Assembly: GCA_003427395.1 (NCBI GenBank)
Contig: BFEA01000040.1
Coordinates: forward strand, 2,120,701-2,184,700
Reading direction: 5' to 3'
From: Chara braunii
Lineage: Eukaryota > Plantae > Charophyceae
DNA: 64,000 nucleotides
In this document: positions 50,430-62,946 of the stretch, in pieces
How positions within the stretch are numbered: the first letter of the stretch is position 1
Layout of the letters: each line of letters begins with the position of its first letter
Made by a program: the position numbers and the translations under genes
Notes under the pieces: model-generated
What the model was told of the DNA's origin: nothing
Seen by the model: only the letters and a program-made list of their open reading frames with translations
Database searches by the model: none

Positions 50430-52444
50430 AAAATACGACATAGAGTTGTTCTTTTGAACGCGATGGACGATTTTGTTTCTGACGTTGCGTACAGTTAGGG
50501 GGTTTTGCATATTTTTTTTCTTCTATTCGTTTTGTTGAACCTTTACTATGATGTGAGGGATGCCGGACCCGTTTTTCAGCTTCCATAATACAAAAACAAC
50601 CGTCGTATGAACCAGCTCGAAGTGCCTCGATCATACGACATTTCTCTCCCCCTCTGTCTCCAAACCCATTTATTTGTTTTTCTCTTCCCATATCTCTTGT
50701 AGGTGCAATTATGTAACTGAAACTGAAGACGATCATCTAAAAAATTCTCTCTCTCTGCTTGGACAATCACCCAGTCAACATTTTTCTCTCTTCCTATGTA
50801 TCTTATAAGACCAATCAACTTCCTTCACTGGAATGATACTCTTGCAGCACCTCACGAACAGAAACTCGTTGCAAAACTTTGTGACGACACTCCTCGAAAG
50901 TTATGAATCGATCCTGTCCTTCTTGATTGTAATTGAGATGAATTACAACATCCACACACTCCCAAGTGTTCATGCTCGTATTCAATTCCTCTGCTGCTTC
51001 CACAATATCTTGAATCTTGTGAGAACTGTCAAGATGAAACAAGTGTGCAAGTGTCTTTTTGAGACCAATAGATTTAAGAGAGTCATATATGGTAATATTA
51101 AAAATAGAAGAATTTGGTTGTCCCAAGGGTCCTGTATGGACATGCACATGGTCTCTAGATAGTGTAAGAGCGGGTACAACACAACTGACAGGAGGCGGAG
51201 TAGCCGTTGCGGCCGGCAAAGCAGAAACTACAACAGAGGTAGTCACAATTGACATTAACATATTGGATGGTGAAGCAAAATCTGCAAGACGTTGAAAATT
51301 TAGAGGAAATGCAACTTAAAAGGGGAGTCTACGAACCGGAGCGGAATGATGAGCGGAAGAAGCAACCACATGAGGAATCCTTTTGAAAACTTGAAGGTTG
51401 TGTATCCTTACATATATGTGAAAGAGTTGAGGAATTGTCTCTTCGGTCGGACAATATGGCAAATAAATTGTCATCCTAGCAATCTCATGAGTAGAGATAG
51501 CAACGAACTCATCGTTCAAAAAAGATTGCAACATGAAAGAAGTCTCAAAATCCGAAACATTCAACGGGTCTGAAAGAAGAGGGGATCGTCGTTCCAACCT
51601 CATATCAGTGAGTTTGTTTCTTTTCCGGTCGAGAAAGTTTTGCTCATATTCATCAATCTTTTACGACTGTGGCACTTTTGACAAACATTTCAAAAAACAC
51701 CTCAGTCAAAACATTTTGAATGTTAACGCTCTTCGCATCGTCAAACCATGTAGCAAGGTAAACACGGGGATTCGGAGTGCGGATTGTGAGTGCATCGTTA
51801 TCATTGGGCACCATAGTAACCCCGAAGGATTTTGTGGTTGCGATGTGGCGCAAATATCTTTTTCTCGTCCATTGCGTTGAGTTTGGGAACACGAATCACG
51901 AACACATGCACGTCCAACGAGCTATGCACAAAGTGTAAGAGATGCAAGTGCATCAGCGGTCTCATAATTTGAGTTTCCGTTTCATTAACAGCAGGTTGCC
52001 GTCCCACCTGATTATCAGCTAAGGTAGGCCCCGACACTTCGGGAGAACCCAAAAGATTAGTTTTCGCAACACGGTTCTCTTTTCTCTTGAATGTAGATTT
52101 TACATAGTCTTCTTTCGTATCGCCTATAACGTTATCATCCTCGTCATCGACAAATGTAAGGTTAATAGGTCTACGTGACAGACCTCTACGCGAACCATCC
52201 CCATCACCACGACAACCGTCACCCCCCCCGCCTCCACAACCATGTTCTCAGCATCATCAAGGGTATTCCCTTGCAAACATCCACGTTCAACTTCACAAAA
52301 AACAACATGATCAACCCGAGTATGTACACTTTCAAAATTCACCGATTTGTCATCATTTCCAATTTTCTTCAACCGCTCCGAATATTCGGCTCCAACTTTT
52401 GACATAACATTCGAATCATATTGAGTGATATTGTTGGTTCTCAT
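50430..52444 (-). pseudogene. Decayed unknown ORF, probably a second Helitron-borne gene
   Basis: Chain of minus-strand ORFs (52124-52444, 51801-52052, 51653-51892, 51316-51603, 50815-51261, 50428-50818) with complex, non-repetitive composition. ATG lies 114 nt after the RepHel stop once 52497-59273 is removed. Confidence 0.5.
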
Positions 52445-52496
52445 AACTTTCCTTTTAGCATGAGTGTTTTAGGTATGACGCATTCGGGAGTCGCGT

Positions 52497-54802
52497 TGTC
52501 GTACCAAATACCCTTACAAGGGTATTTGGCGTGTTTTTTGCAAGTCGCGCAAGTGCGGTGTCGCCCGCCTGACGGCGTGCGCATGAGCGGAAGCATAGGT
52601 TCTTGTCACGGTGAGAGGCACGAGTGGCGCGCGCAGGGTATTGACGGCGAGGCGCAACCATGCGCCACTTGAGCGTGCATGGTGTCCCGAGCCAGAGGTG
52701 CGCGACGCTTGTTCTTATTTTTATTTATTCAGTTATTTGTTTTTTTTTTGCGGCCTAAGGTTTCTACCTCGATAATCGGCTCTGAGACGAATACTGGACG
52801 CGGTGGCCGGAACGGTAGTTAAAAACCTTGAGCGCAACCATCGAGACCCCGACGCGACCAAAGCATTGACAGAATCCTGATTACGTGGGAACATGGACCG
52901 AGGAGGTTAACGTGCATGAAGGTCAGTGGGTGCTTGGCCCACGGTGCGGGAGGAAGCCGAAGTAATGAGGTCTGTGGTCGTGGCTTCCCTTGCGTTCGTT
53001 TTGGAGAGCGTCAATAGCCTAATAGTGGAAGGGAATTGAAGAACATTCTAAGTGGGTCTGTGAGACTGCGGCTCGAGGGCGGTGAGGGTTGCCATAGATG
53101 CACTGTTCGCTGGGCATGACCTGCGACGAAAGGTTTTGAGTGTGGGCCAAAGGGTGATTAGCTCACGAGACAGAAGAAAAACCTGAGTGACGGGCACTTG
53201 GGCAGTGGCCGCATTGCTCAAGCTGAGTTTCACATGGGATCTACCCCACAACAGCCCAAGCTGCAGTCTCCATAGCAGGTCAGGGCGTTGTGAGGAGGCG
53301 CACGCTGATAAGAGCTGTCGGATTTGAGCAGGGGCCGCTGTGGCGTCGCTGTGTGCAAGTCGTTCGCCGGACTGGATGTACAGGCGGGGCACTACTCGAA
53401 CCCCTTCGATAGTCCTCCCTCAAAACAGTAGAGACGCTGGCCGGTGCAGTGCGCCGGTGTAGTAAGTCGGGAGGTAGTGAGAGCAGACTAGCGTTGGCAG
53501 CGACGGGGGTGGGAGTAGAACAACAGCGGGGTAGAACAACAACGGGGTAACAGACGTAAAGGTGGTGAGGGCGACGGAACCCGGACGCGAAACGGTGCCG
53601 GGTGCGCAAAGGCTGGCACCTGTAGAAGGACCGGCAGTAAGGCAGAGACCGACGAGCAGCGGGCGGAGGACCGGAGTGTAGAGGCTGATACCACACGCGG
53701 AGCTGCGTCGAGCCCACTCGAAGATTAGAACGGGTGGGGCAGGGAACGAATGCTGCAAGAAAGGGATGAATCAGGACGAGGGGCCGGACCAGGTTCATTC
53801 AGAGAGAGGGGTAGATGTAGTGGAGTGAAGATCGAACAACTAGTTCGATCCTCCATGGATTACGCCGAAAAAAGAGTGTAAATGGGGTTTTTTTGACAAA
53901 GCGAAATCAGTGGTAAGGTTAGATTAGTGAGAAGATCAACATATTAGAAAGTTAGTGAGAGAGTTTACGCGGGAAGCTATGGCGAAGAATGTCGGGAAGA
54001 AGAACAACGGGAGTAGGAGCTTTGTATGTCGCTCAATCCTTGATGAATTTGAGTGAGATAAAACGCTAAATGGGGGTTTCGTGAGGCCGCGAGTTAAATG
54101 ACGCGGTCAGAATTGTTAATGGGATAGCGAATGGGGCGGTACACGAGAAAGCGGTTGCGCGGATATGGCAAGAGCGAGGGGGGAAGAGAAATGAGGAAAC
54201 GGGGATCGCGCCCGGAAACGGGCAGGATAGAACTTCGGTTGGGGGTTTTTGCCCCAAGCGATCACGCTGGTGACGTTAGATTAGACAACGAGTTAGTGGA
54301 TCAGAAGTTAGAGAGAAAGAGAGTTCGCGCGGAGCTATCGAGATGGGGGAGGCTGGCATGGCAAGAAGGGAAAAATGAGTAACTCACTCGATTCTTCATA
54401 GAATCGGGCGAGTGAAGATAGCAGACAGGGGTTTTGGCATGGTCTGAGTATAGTGGTGAAGTTAGTTTCGGCGCTAGGTTAGTAGATTAGGAGGTCAGTG
54501 CAAAAGAGCGTGCGCGGTGGAGTCAAGGAGGATGTGCTGGTGAGATTCGAGATTGAGAATCTCACTCGTTACCTGATGGATTTGGGTAGGGAGGAATACT
54601 ACGTAGGGGTTTGAGGGTCGGGTGACCACGAATCCGTGGTCAGATTAGGCGAGGAATTAGTAAGTTAGAAGTTAGTCAGAAAAGCTCGGTCGGGGGATGG
54701 CGGGCAGAAAAACGAGGAGAAGGCGCTGACAACTACGAGGGAGGAAAAGAAGCCGGAGGCAGCGGGCGATCGGTGGCGGACAGCTGGCGGAGCAGGCTGA
54801 AC

Positions 54803-54857
<55 letters not shown>

Positions 54858-57800
54858 TCACCTTATAGACGCGAGGTGGTACGGGTACCGGAAAAAAATG
54901 TACCTTCCCCGATTCCTGGGGCAGGTTCATTCGTTGTCTCAAGGAGGAGGCGGGGCCAGTTGCGGGACTGGAGAGTTGCCTGTAGCGGGTGTGTTTGCTC
55001 GCTGTGGGCAGCCCCTTCATGCTCGAGGCTCCTCGGCCCATTGCGCAGTAATGAACCTGGACGGCATGTCGGCCAAGGTGCATTACGATGGAAAAGGGGC
55101 GAGGGAGATACGTACTTGACAAACGCAGTAGCGGGTGAGGTACGGAGGGAAAGTAATAAGAGGAGATTAAGTTCAACCGTGTATGGTAGGAGACTTACCT
55201 GACGGGTTGTCGTGAGTGCTTAATGAGAGTAGCGCGAGGGGTGCCGCTAAAATGAAGACTTACGTGCCGATCTAGCCGTGTCAGTCTTCCAAAGGGAGCA
55301 GCAGAAAGAGGGTCGGAGAATTGGAGGCATTGTGGTTAGCTGATGCATAGTTCATCCTGCCAACAGATGATAGTGTGACCCATGATATTGTCTGTCGAAG
55401 CAGGGTGTCGATCGCACTGTTGGTTACGGGGCCGGTTGATGCTAGTGGAAGAATGTGCGACCACGTGTTGCTATCGCTGCGGCGCTCGAGGTTCGGGTGG
55501 CTACAAATTAATGACTTTGCCACTGCATTCGACAGACGGCGTTGCACTAAGGATGGGTGATGCTTGCTAGGAACTGTGCTTCGTTGTGTTCCCACCCACA
55601 TACAACATTCCGCTTGCTAAGCTTTGCGCTCTGCACGTCTCATAAAGAAGTGGTACATATAGTGCATTTCGCATTAGACATTGGGTGTTACCTATGCAGC
55701 AGTAGTGACCATGCTTTCGCTGTGAATACGGCTTTCAGCCGAGTGGCTGGCTTTTGACTATATTCACGTTAGCCTGCAGCGTATGTTGTGAGTAACCATA
55801 GTGCTCAAAGACGATGGGACTGCATGTTAATCAAAAGGGGAGGAAGGCAGCGTGTTGAAGGGGGGGGCATTGTACGCTGCTGCAGTGCCATGCAGTCGCA
55901 CACAAGTGATGTGCGTATGACGATCTATTGAGGTTCTCTAGAGTTGTCTGTGCGTTGGGCTGCAATGTAGTGATCGGTTGGTCTGGGGAAGGGTATCAAG
56001 GAGTTAGTGCTGCGAACTGGAGAGTCGTCATGGGGATTGGCTTCAACAGTTTGACTTCAATCTTGACCAAGTTGTTGCTGTATTTGGCCGCCATTGCGGG
56101 GCCCTCAGTCGTAATAAGATATCGAGGCCCTCTCACGCGAGTCTGAGTGCACCATCCTTGGATCTAAGAGACTTAAACCTTCTCTCTCTATCCTTCTGAC
56201 TCTGAGTCTAGTCAAGTTGTTCTGAGAGGAAGGTGGCAGGCGGGATTGCAATCCATAGGACCGCAGCAAGACTCTGTGGGGAGTCATCCCATCGATTGCG
56301 GGAGCTCTGTCGGAACTCATGAGGAGTTCTGGAGGCAGGGAATTGAGAGGTAATCAGTTTCTTTCCCTCTATGAACCCAGTTATAACCTCTATCTGTAGC
56401 ACCCCTTGCATCTTTTGACTGAATATATGGTGTGCAACCCTACTTCAAATCTTTGTTCGACTTTTAGGATACTGGGTCATACTAAACAAAGGAATGGTTG
56501 TCCAATCTCAGCTTCAACATTTATTGATTGTGTAAAATCGGATTGCTAAAAGGAATTGCATCTGGGAAAGGCAGGATGGAGGGTTGTTTTGCTTGAGGGT
56601 TTGACTAGGTCATTTAGGCTGGAAGGTCCCCATAAGTTTGGGGAGACCCAGTGCTTTGTTTATTTTGGTTTGCATGGAGCAACATACCCTTCTATAAGTT
56701 TAGGGGGTCTGATTGCTCTGGAGGCTAGGATGTCCCCATAAGTTTGGGGAGACCCAGTGCTGTGAGTTTGCATGGAGGGTCAGACTGTTCTATAAGTTTA
56801 GGTGGCCTGCCTGCTCTGACTTGTGAGGGATGACTGTGGTTGACTTTTCAGGGACCAAGTGCATTCTGTAAGTTCAGGTGTCTTGGTCGCCTTGTTTATT
56901 TTGAGTTTTTCTCTGTTTATCTGGTTTTGAACGAGGAGGTCTGAGCCATTGTATAAGTTTAGGTTGCTCAATCTCTTCCTGCTTTTATTCTGAGGAAATG
57001 AACCTGAAAGAGGGCAGATTGTTCTGTAAGTTCAGGTGATCTAGCCTAATGTCACGCACATATTGGATCAGAGAGAAATGAATCAGGCAAAGAGTTAGAT
57101 CCTTCTGTAAGTTCAGGGGGTCTGGCTCAAAGCCTCTCACATGCTGGAACCCAATGGTTATAACTTGGCTATATTTTACTACTACTCTATTTTAAGCACG
57201 AGCTAATCAGACTGTTCTATAAGTTTAGGTGGTCTGACTATAGCCTATCACAACATGAAGAGAGTATAACTAAGAGTAAAATTGGTGGTAAACTGGGGCA
57301 GACTGAACTTGAGTTAGTTCAGTCATATGCAACCTTAGAAGACTAAGTGCAGACAATTATATATAACTTGGATATTTTAAACAGTTCAGGGCGACTAGAA
57401 TGACCTAGCCATATGCCCAAAGAAGAGAGAAATAGTTGTGCCCTCTGTTTTGTGTATATTCTTTGGCTAAGTTAGGCACATTCCATAAGTTTGGATGGCT
57501 TGACTTTATACCTTATGTAAGCTGGGTATGAAGGGTTAAGTCATTGAAAGATCATGAACTATTGCTTGTTCAGATATACTGGGGATGGTGAGAGTACTTA
57601 CCTTTGTGATTTGACCTGCATGCGATTAAGTGAGGCTACTACTTAGTTTGAGTTTCAGTTTGATAGGTAGTTGCTTTAGTCGCTCGCCACGTGCTAGAGC
57701 TATAGGAGTTAGTTTCAATTCTTGCATTTTCTGAGCTAAGTTTTTTTACTTAGGTCAATTCTTGCATTTTTTGGGATCATTTTTTTGTACTTGGCTTTGT

Positions 57801-59273
57801 ATAAATCTTGGCAAGCTACTTTCCCTAAGGAAAGCTACTTTTCTAAAGGGAGTTAGACAAAATTCGACTTTGAGAAGTTATTCTCAAATTCTAAACTTAG
57901 CCTTGTATAAATTTTGGAATAACACTTTTTTCAAAGGGAGTGCTGCCGAAATTTCTACAAATCTAAGGAGTTGTCTAATTTTGTCTTGACAGAAACTCGA
58001 GTTATTCTGAGTTCAAATCTGAGATAGTATAAATCTGGGAAGACTCCTTTTCTAAAGGGAGTGCTGCCCAAATTTTTACTAATTCAGGGAGTTAGACAAA
58101 ATTTGACTTTCTTGAGTTAGAGATTATTTCTGCTTTCATATTTGAGCTTATATAAATTTTAGAAAAACATTTTTCCTACGCGAATCGCTGCCGAAATTTT
58201 CTTAGTTTAAAAGAGTTAGATTATATTTCGACAGGTGGCGATTCTGGTAATCCACCCTGGATAGGGGAGATTATGCCATGAGTCTACCTTTCTTTGGGCG
58301 CTGGCTTAGAGGTAGACTTAGGCTTAGCTATTAGGAGAGACTCTAAGAGAGATTGTGGTATGGGGATTATTCTCTAGGGGCTTATGATTTTAGCCTGGGA
58401 CACTGACCTGTCTTGTGTTACAGATCCTTTTGATCGTTTGATTCAGGACTTGGACTAATTTCAGCTTGATCCTACAAGGATCATCTTCTGTTATCACTAA
58501 TAACAGGTCAGTTGGTTGATCGGCGACTCGTCGGCTCACGACACAACTTTGCTTACACTTGTACATTAGCCTGATTGCCTTAGCCCTGAGGTTTGATATG
58601 TTTCTTTGAGGGTTTAACCGAGCTTCTTTTAAATGATTATTATGAAGAACTTATGAGATTTCTGGAAAGTTAGATTATGACTGGGGCTCGAGTGTGTGAG
58701 GCGTGGTGTGAGTTACAGGGAACAGTAAAGTTGATCACATTGGTGTATGGCAATGTGGCTATTATGTGTGCCTGTGTTTTATGCAGGTTAGTATTTTGGA
58801 GCTTGGTATATGGGTCATACTTTGGAAGCAGTGAGGATGACAACCGTGTGTCGCACGATCTGCATACTTGTTGGGTCTATGTTTCCCCCAAGATGTCGGT
58901 TCGCGTGCGGGTCCGATTGAGGCGTAGTACCGCGCGTACCCCCTATGCTACAACGAACGAGAAACGCCCTCGGCTGATCCACCTCTGCGATTGCAACTGA
59001 TCAACTTTCGTATTGTGGACTGGTAGCTCGGCGGGGATACGCCCACCGAAGGGAGGTGACAACTCCCGTAAGGTGGAGGTAAGTCGTGTCTCGCGTAGGC
59101 CCTATCCTGTCGTAGTTGGGGCTCGGGGAAGGTATGGCTGGCGCACTCGACCGGAGCGGTTTGCGGAAACTCCATGTATATTTGTGACGAATGATTTAAA
59201 ACCAACTCCTGCATGACGCGGCCGGGAGGGTCTCGAGCTGCCCGTGTGCGCTGCCGGACCGATACGCTTGACA
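52497..59273 (+). mobile_element. Very long solo-LTR-like element (6.8 kb, TG...CA, TSD GCGT)
   Basis: GCGT 52493-52496, TGTCG ... TGACA, GCGT 59274-59277. Perfect 12-bp hairpin at 52504-52529. Ends homologous to 16500-19447. No gag/pol motifs seen. Confidence 0.72.
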
Positions 59274-59339
59274 GCGTGCGAGGAAAGAATAGTACGAAAT
59301 TAATCGAAATACAAAAGATCGATAAAAAAAAAGAACAAC

Positions 59340-62070
59340 TCATCGAAAAAGTTCATGATACACAATATTTTTCGTCAATTTTTTTTTATCAGGAAACACA
59401 ACACGGATGTTGTTGGGATGACCAACACGAGACAAGGCAATGTACAGTTGACAATGAGCAAAAACATGCTTGCGTAGCCAAACCCATGCACGTGATACGG
59501 TTTGTCCTTGCGACTTGTTAATCCGCACAGCAAAAACAAGACGAACTGAAAATTGCCTCCTAAACCATTTGAACCCGGTGGTCTCACCATCGCTTGTCAA
59601 ATCAATCTTGGGGATCAGTGATGACTTATCCGTGCGCATTATTGTCACTTCCAACAAATCACCATTAACGATCTTCTTCATAATTAATCTTGTACCGTTG
59701 CAAAGTCTTTGCATCGGGATACGCATCAAAAAGTGGACATACATTCGTGTTTTTTTATCATCGCCTAAGCTTGAAACTCGCATATTTTCGGTCAGTTGAT
59801 GAACGACAAAAAAAAATTCACAAAGGCAATATTTTCATCGACTCATCAATTCATTGCGCTCGTGATCCTTATTTTACAACGGACAAAACCTGTCGAAAAT
59901 CTCCATCAAGAAGTATAATTTTTCTACCAAACAGCTCGTAATTTTTACAAAGGTCCCAGTGTAATGTCAAGAGTTTCCAAGTGGAACTTATTACTCATCG
60001 GAGCCTCGTCCTAGACAATCAAATCCACACGGCGGATAATCTCATCAAGATCACTTTGTTTCGAAAGTAAGAAGGGACTCATGTTATTAAGTTTCAAAGG
60101 TGTATGAAATCGTGAGTGAAACGTTTGACTCCCTGTCAAAAGAGTCATCGTTATCCCACTGGACGCCACAGTCAGTCCAATGGCAGAACGAGACTTAATG
60201 CCTGCCAAAATCATTTCAATGCAAAAACAATTTCCTGTTTCGACCGGTGCATCGAAAAAAGCACGCAACGACCTTTTCTCTTGCACAACCCAAACAACTG
60301 TTTTCACCGACACTCGTTGGCGTGGTCTAAAACATAAAAAATTATAGTCATATCAACGTTGCATTTAAATCGGATTATACGGCAACTCCTTGTTTAGAAT
60401 CGACGATATCGTATTGTTTTCATAATGTCTAAGTTATATTCTCAACAATTGTTTCTCGATCGGGTGTTGGATAATAAAGGCAGAACTAGCGGATGTTTTC
60501 TTCATACTCTTGCAAGATATGGTCAAAGATGAAATAAGACTAATGACAAAAAAATATTCGGCGGAACAATTTCATTGTCTACACGATACGGAAAATCGTC
60601 ACATATCTTATCCCAATGTCGTTAAAAGAAACGGACCGGATCGTTCACTGAACCAAAAGCGAGAACCTTAACAAACAGTTTACGAACTTCTTCAGGCATG
60701 TAATGTGCTGCGACTGTGTCTATGCATCAATCGTACGCATCGTTGTTTTGCAAAAGACCCAATCGAAGATAAACGGATTGCAATCGTATTCGACTCCGTC
60801 CACCGTAGAAATTTCAGCAAAAGAGCGCACCCCATGAAGATATTCATAGTTTAGCAATACACACAGATAGAACCGTTCACCTTCCGTGATCCTCATGTGA
60901 TGCAATCGAGTTATCTTTTCGAAGGGACCACCATGAAGATCCTGCTTTGTTCGATTTCACTTCCTTTATTTGTTATCCCAGACATGAGTATTAACGATTT
61001 CTGCATACAAATGAAGTTCCTCTCTAGAAACATGTTCATTCAAAGAGTTGTATTTCATCAATGCCATCAGTTTCGTTTTCGGGGGCGTATGTGAAATAAC
61101 GTCATGCTCAGTGACAGGTTCAAATTGCACTTTTTTCATTTTTTCAATATCCATGGACAATCTTTCGACTGCGGACCAGTGTTCTGCAAGGTCGAACTCA
61201 AATAGATGTCGGCATGCCTCGGATGCACCTACAACACGCATATCTTGATACAATTTGAGTTTATCGATAGTCGCATTACAACCTTGTTCGCAAACCATAG
61301 CACGATCACACCCTTCGTATACGTACTTATACACGTACTTGCATGCCTTGATGTTAGCACAATATTCAACATTCAATTGACATCTAAACCTCATTAACAA
61401 GTACGGGTTGTACGGGACCACACAACGATTATCGTAAACGACACCATTTTGAAAAATCGTAAGACCACCGTCACTTGGTTTCCTTTTCTTATACGAAGGG
61501 TATGTTTGTTCGTCTTTGAATGTTTTTTGTTGAAATGAAGTTTTTTTAAACCCTTTTGTGCATTCGCCGTCCTCCGCACACGAAGCGTCTCGTTTCTCCA
61601 CACCACAAATCCCGTGCATTATGAACTTGACAACCCTTTTTTCCAATTCTCCTTCCAGAGAAATCTCGACACACCACATTTTTAATAGCATCTGCATCCG
61701 GAAGTTTATTATCTGGATGCAAGATAACTAATATATGTGCATGTGATAGACCCATTTTTTTAAACTCCACCACATACAGCATTTCACTCACCCTACCAAA
61801 GATCCGTTTGTTTTTTATCTCATCGATGAGTTATGCAAGATAACCTTTGAACACTCTCGCGAGAAGATCCGCCCTGTCGTAATGACATTGACCTGACAAC
61901 AGGGCTTGTTTGATCTCCGATCAGTTAGTGTTGCACGTCATAGTGATGAAACGATCTGGTTTTCCGAATCGCCTCACGATTGCCATGCTGTTGTGATATC
62001 TTTCACTCATATATCAGGGCCCCCTAGTGAACGTTGACGGTAAAACCACTTTTGTCCCAACACCATCACC
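59340..62070 (-). mobile_element. Decayed Helitron RepHel (HUH Rep + PIF1-family helicase); 5' part lost in the N gap
   Basis: GKPDRFITMTCN, VVEFKKMGLSHAHIL (HUH), VVPYNPYL...NVEYC...KYVYKY, DAPVETGN (decayed Walker A), VASSGI...HSRF, LCNGTRL, QFSVRLVFAVRINKSQGQT, VFAHCQLYIALSRV, TKNIVYHEL. Many stops and frameshifts. Confidence 0.96.
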
Positions 62071-62831
62071 NNNNNNNNNNNNNNNNNNNNNNNNNNNNNN
62101 NNNNNNNNNNNNNNNNNNNNNNNNNNNNNNNNNNNNNNNNNNNNNNNNNNNNNNNNNNNNNNNNNNNNNNNNNNNNNNNNNNNNNNNNNNNNNNNNNNNN
62201 NNNNNNNNNNNNNNNNNNNNNNNNNNNNNNNNNNNNNNNNNNNNNNNNNNNNNNNNNNNNNNNNNNNNNNNNNNNNNNNNNNNNNNNNNNNNNNNNNNNN
62301 NNNNNNNNNNNNNNNNNNNNNNNNNNNNNNNNNNNNNNNNNNNNNNNNNNNNNNNNNNNNNNNNNNNNNNNNNNNNNNNNNNNNNNNNNNNNNNNNNNNN
62401 NNNNNNNNNNNNNNNNNNNNNNNNNNNNNNNNNNNNNNNNNNNNNNNNNNNNNNNNNNNNNNNNNNNNNNNNNNNNNNNNNNNNNNNNNNNNNNNNNNNN
62501 NNNNNNNNNNNNNNNNNNNNNNNNNNNNNNNNNNNNNNNNNNNNNNNNNNNNNNNNNNNNNNNNNNNNNNNNNNNNNNNNNNNNNNNNNNNNNNNNNNNN
62601 NNNNNNNNNNNNNNNNNNNNNNNNNNNNNNNNNNNCGCACACACACAAAGACTCTTGCCCGCACACTCTCTGTCACACCCACGCACGTGCACACACACAC
62701 ACACACTCTTGCTCTCTCTCTCTCTCTCTTTGACACACACGCATACACACAGACAAACAGACAACTTCATCCCATCTATGAGTCTATGTGTGTATGTGTG
62801 TGTGAGAGAGAGAGCGAGAGAGACATAAAGA

Positions 62832-62946
62832 GGGCATCGCCATACCACACCCGAAATGTGCAAAATGAGAATGAACTTCCCGCTAAAACATGGCCAGATG
62901 CGCCCGCCACGTTTCCTCACATTTCGGAAGTGGTGTGGCGATGCCC
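62832..62946. mobile_element. Short MITE (GGGCATCGCC...GGCGATGCCC)
   Basis: Inverted termini; internal sequence related to 29484-29606. Confidence 0.7.

Noticed and set aside
50430-52444. Fanzor/TnpB cargo of the Helitron
   Set aside because: No RuvC D-x-G, E or RD-x-N-A motifs and no CxxC zinc-finger pairs in the translated fragments.
53440-53495. F-box-like LLSLPPDLL
   Set aside because: Only nine residues in a low-complexity frame, with no downstream F-box consensus.
56625-57500. CRISPR array
   Set aside because: Repeats are only ~14 nt and degenerate, spacing is irregular, no cas genes are present, and the context is eukaryotic.
59221-59265. Helitron 3' terminal hairpin
   Set aside because: No CTRR follows, and the sequence belongs to the inserted TG...CA element. 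I could not locate the true Helitron end.
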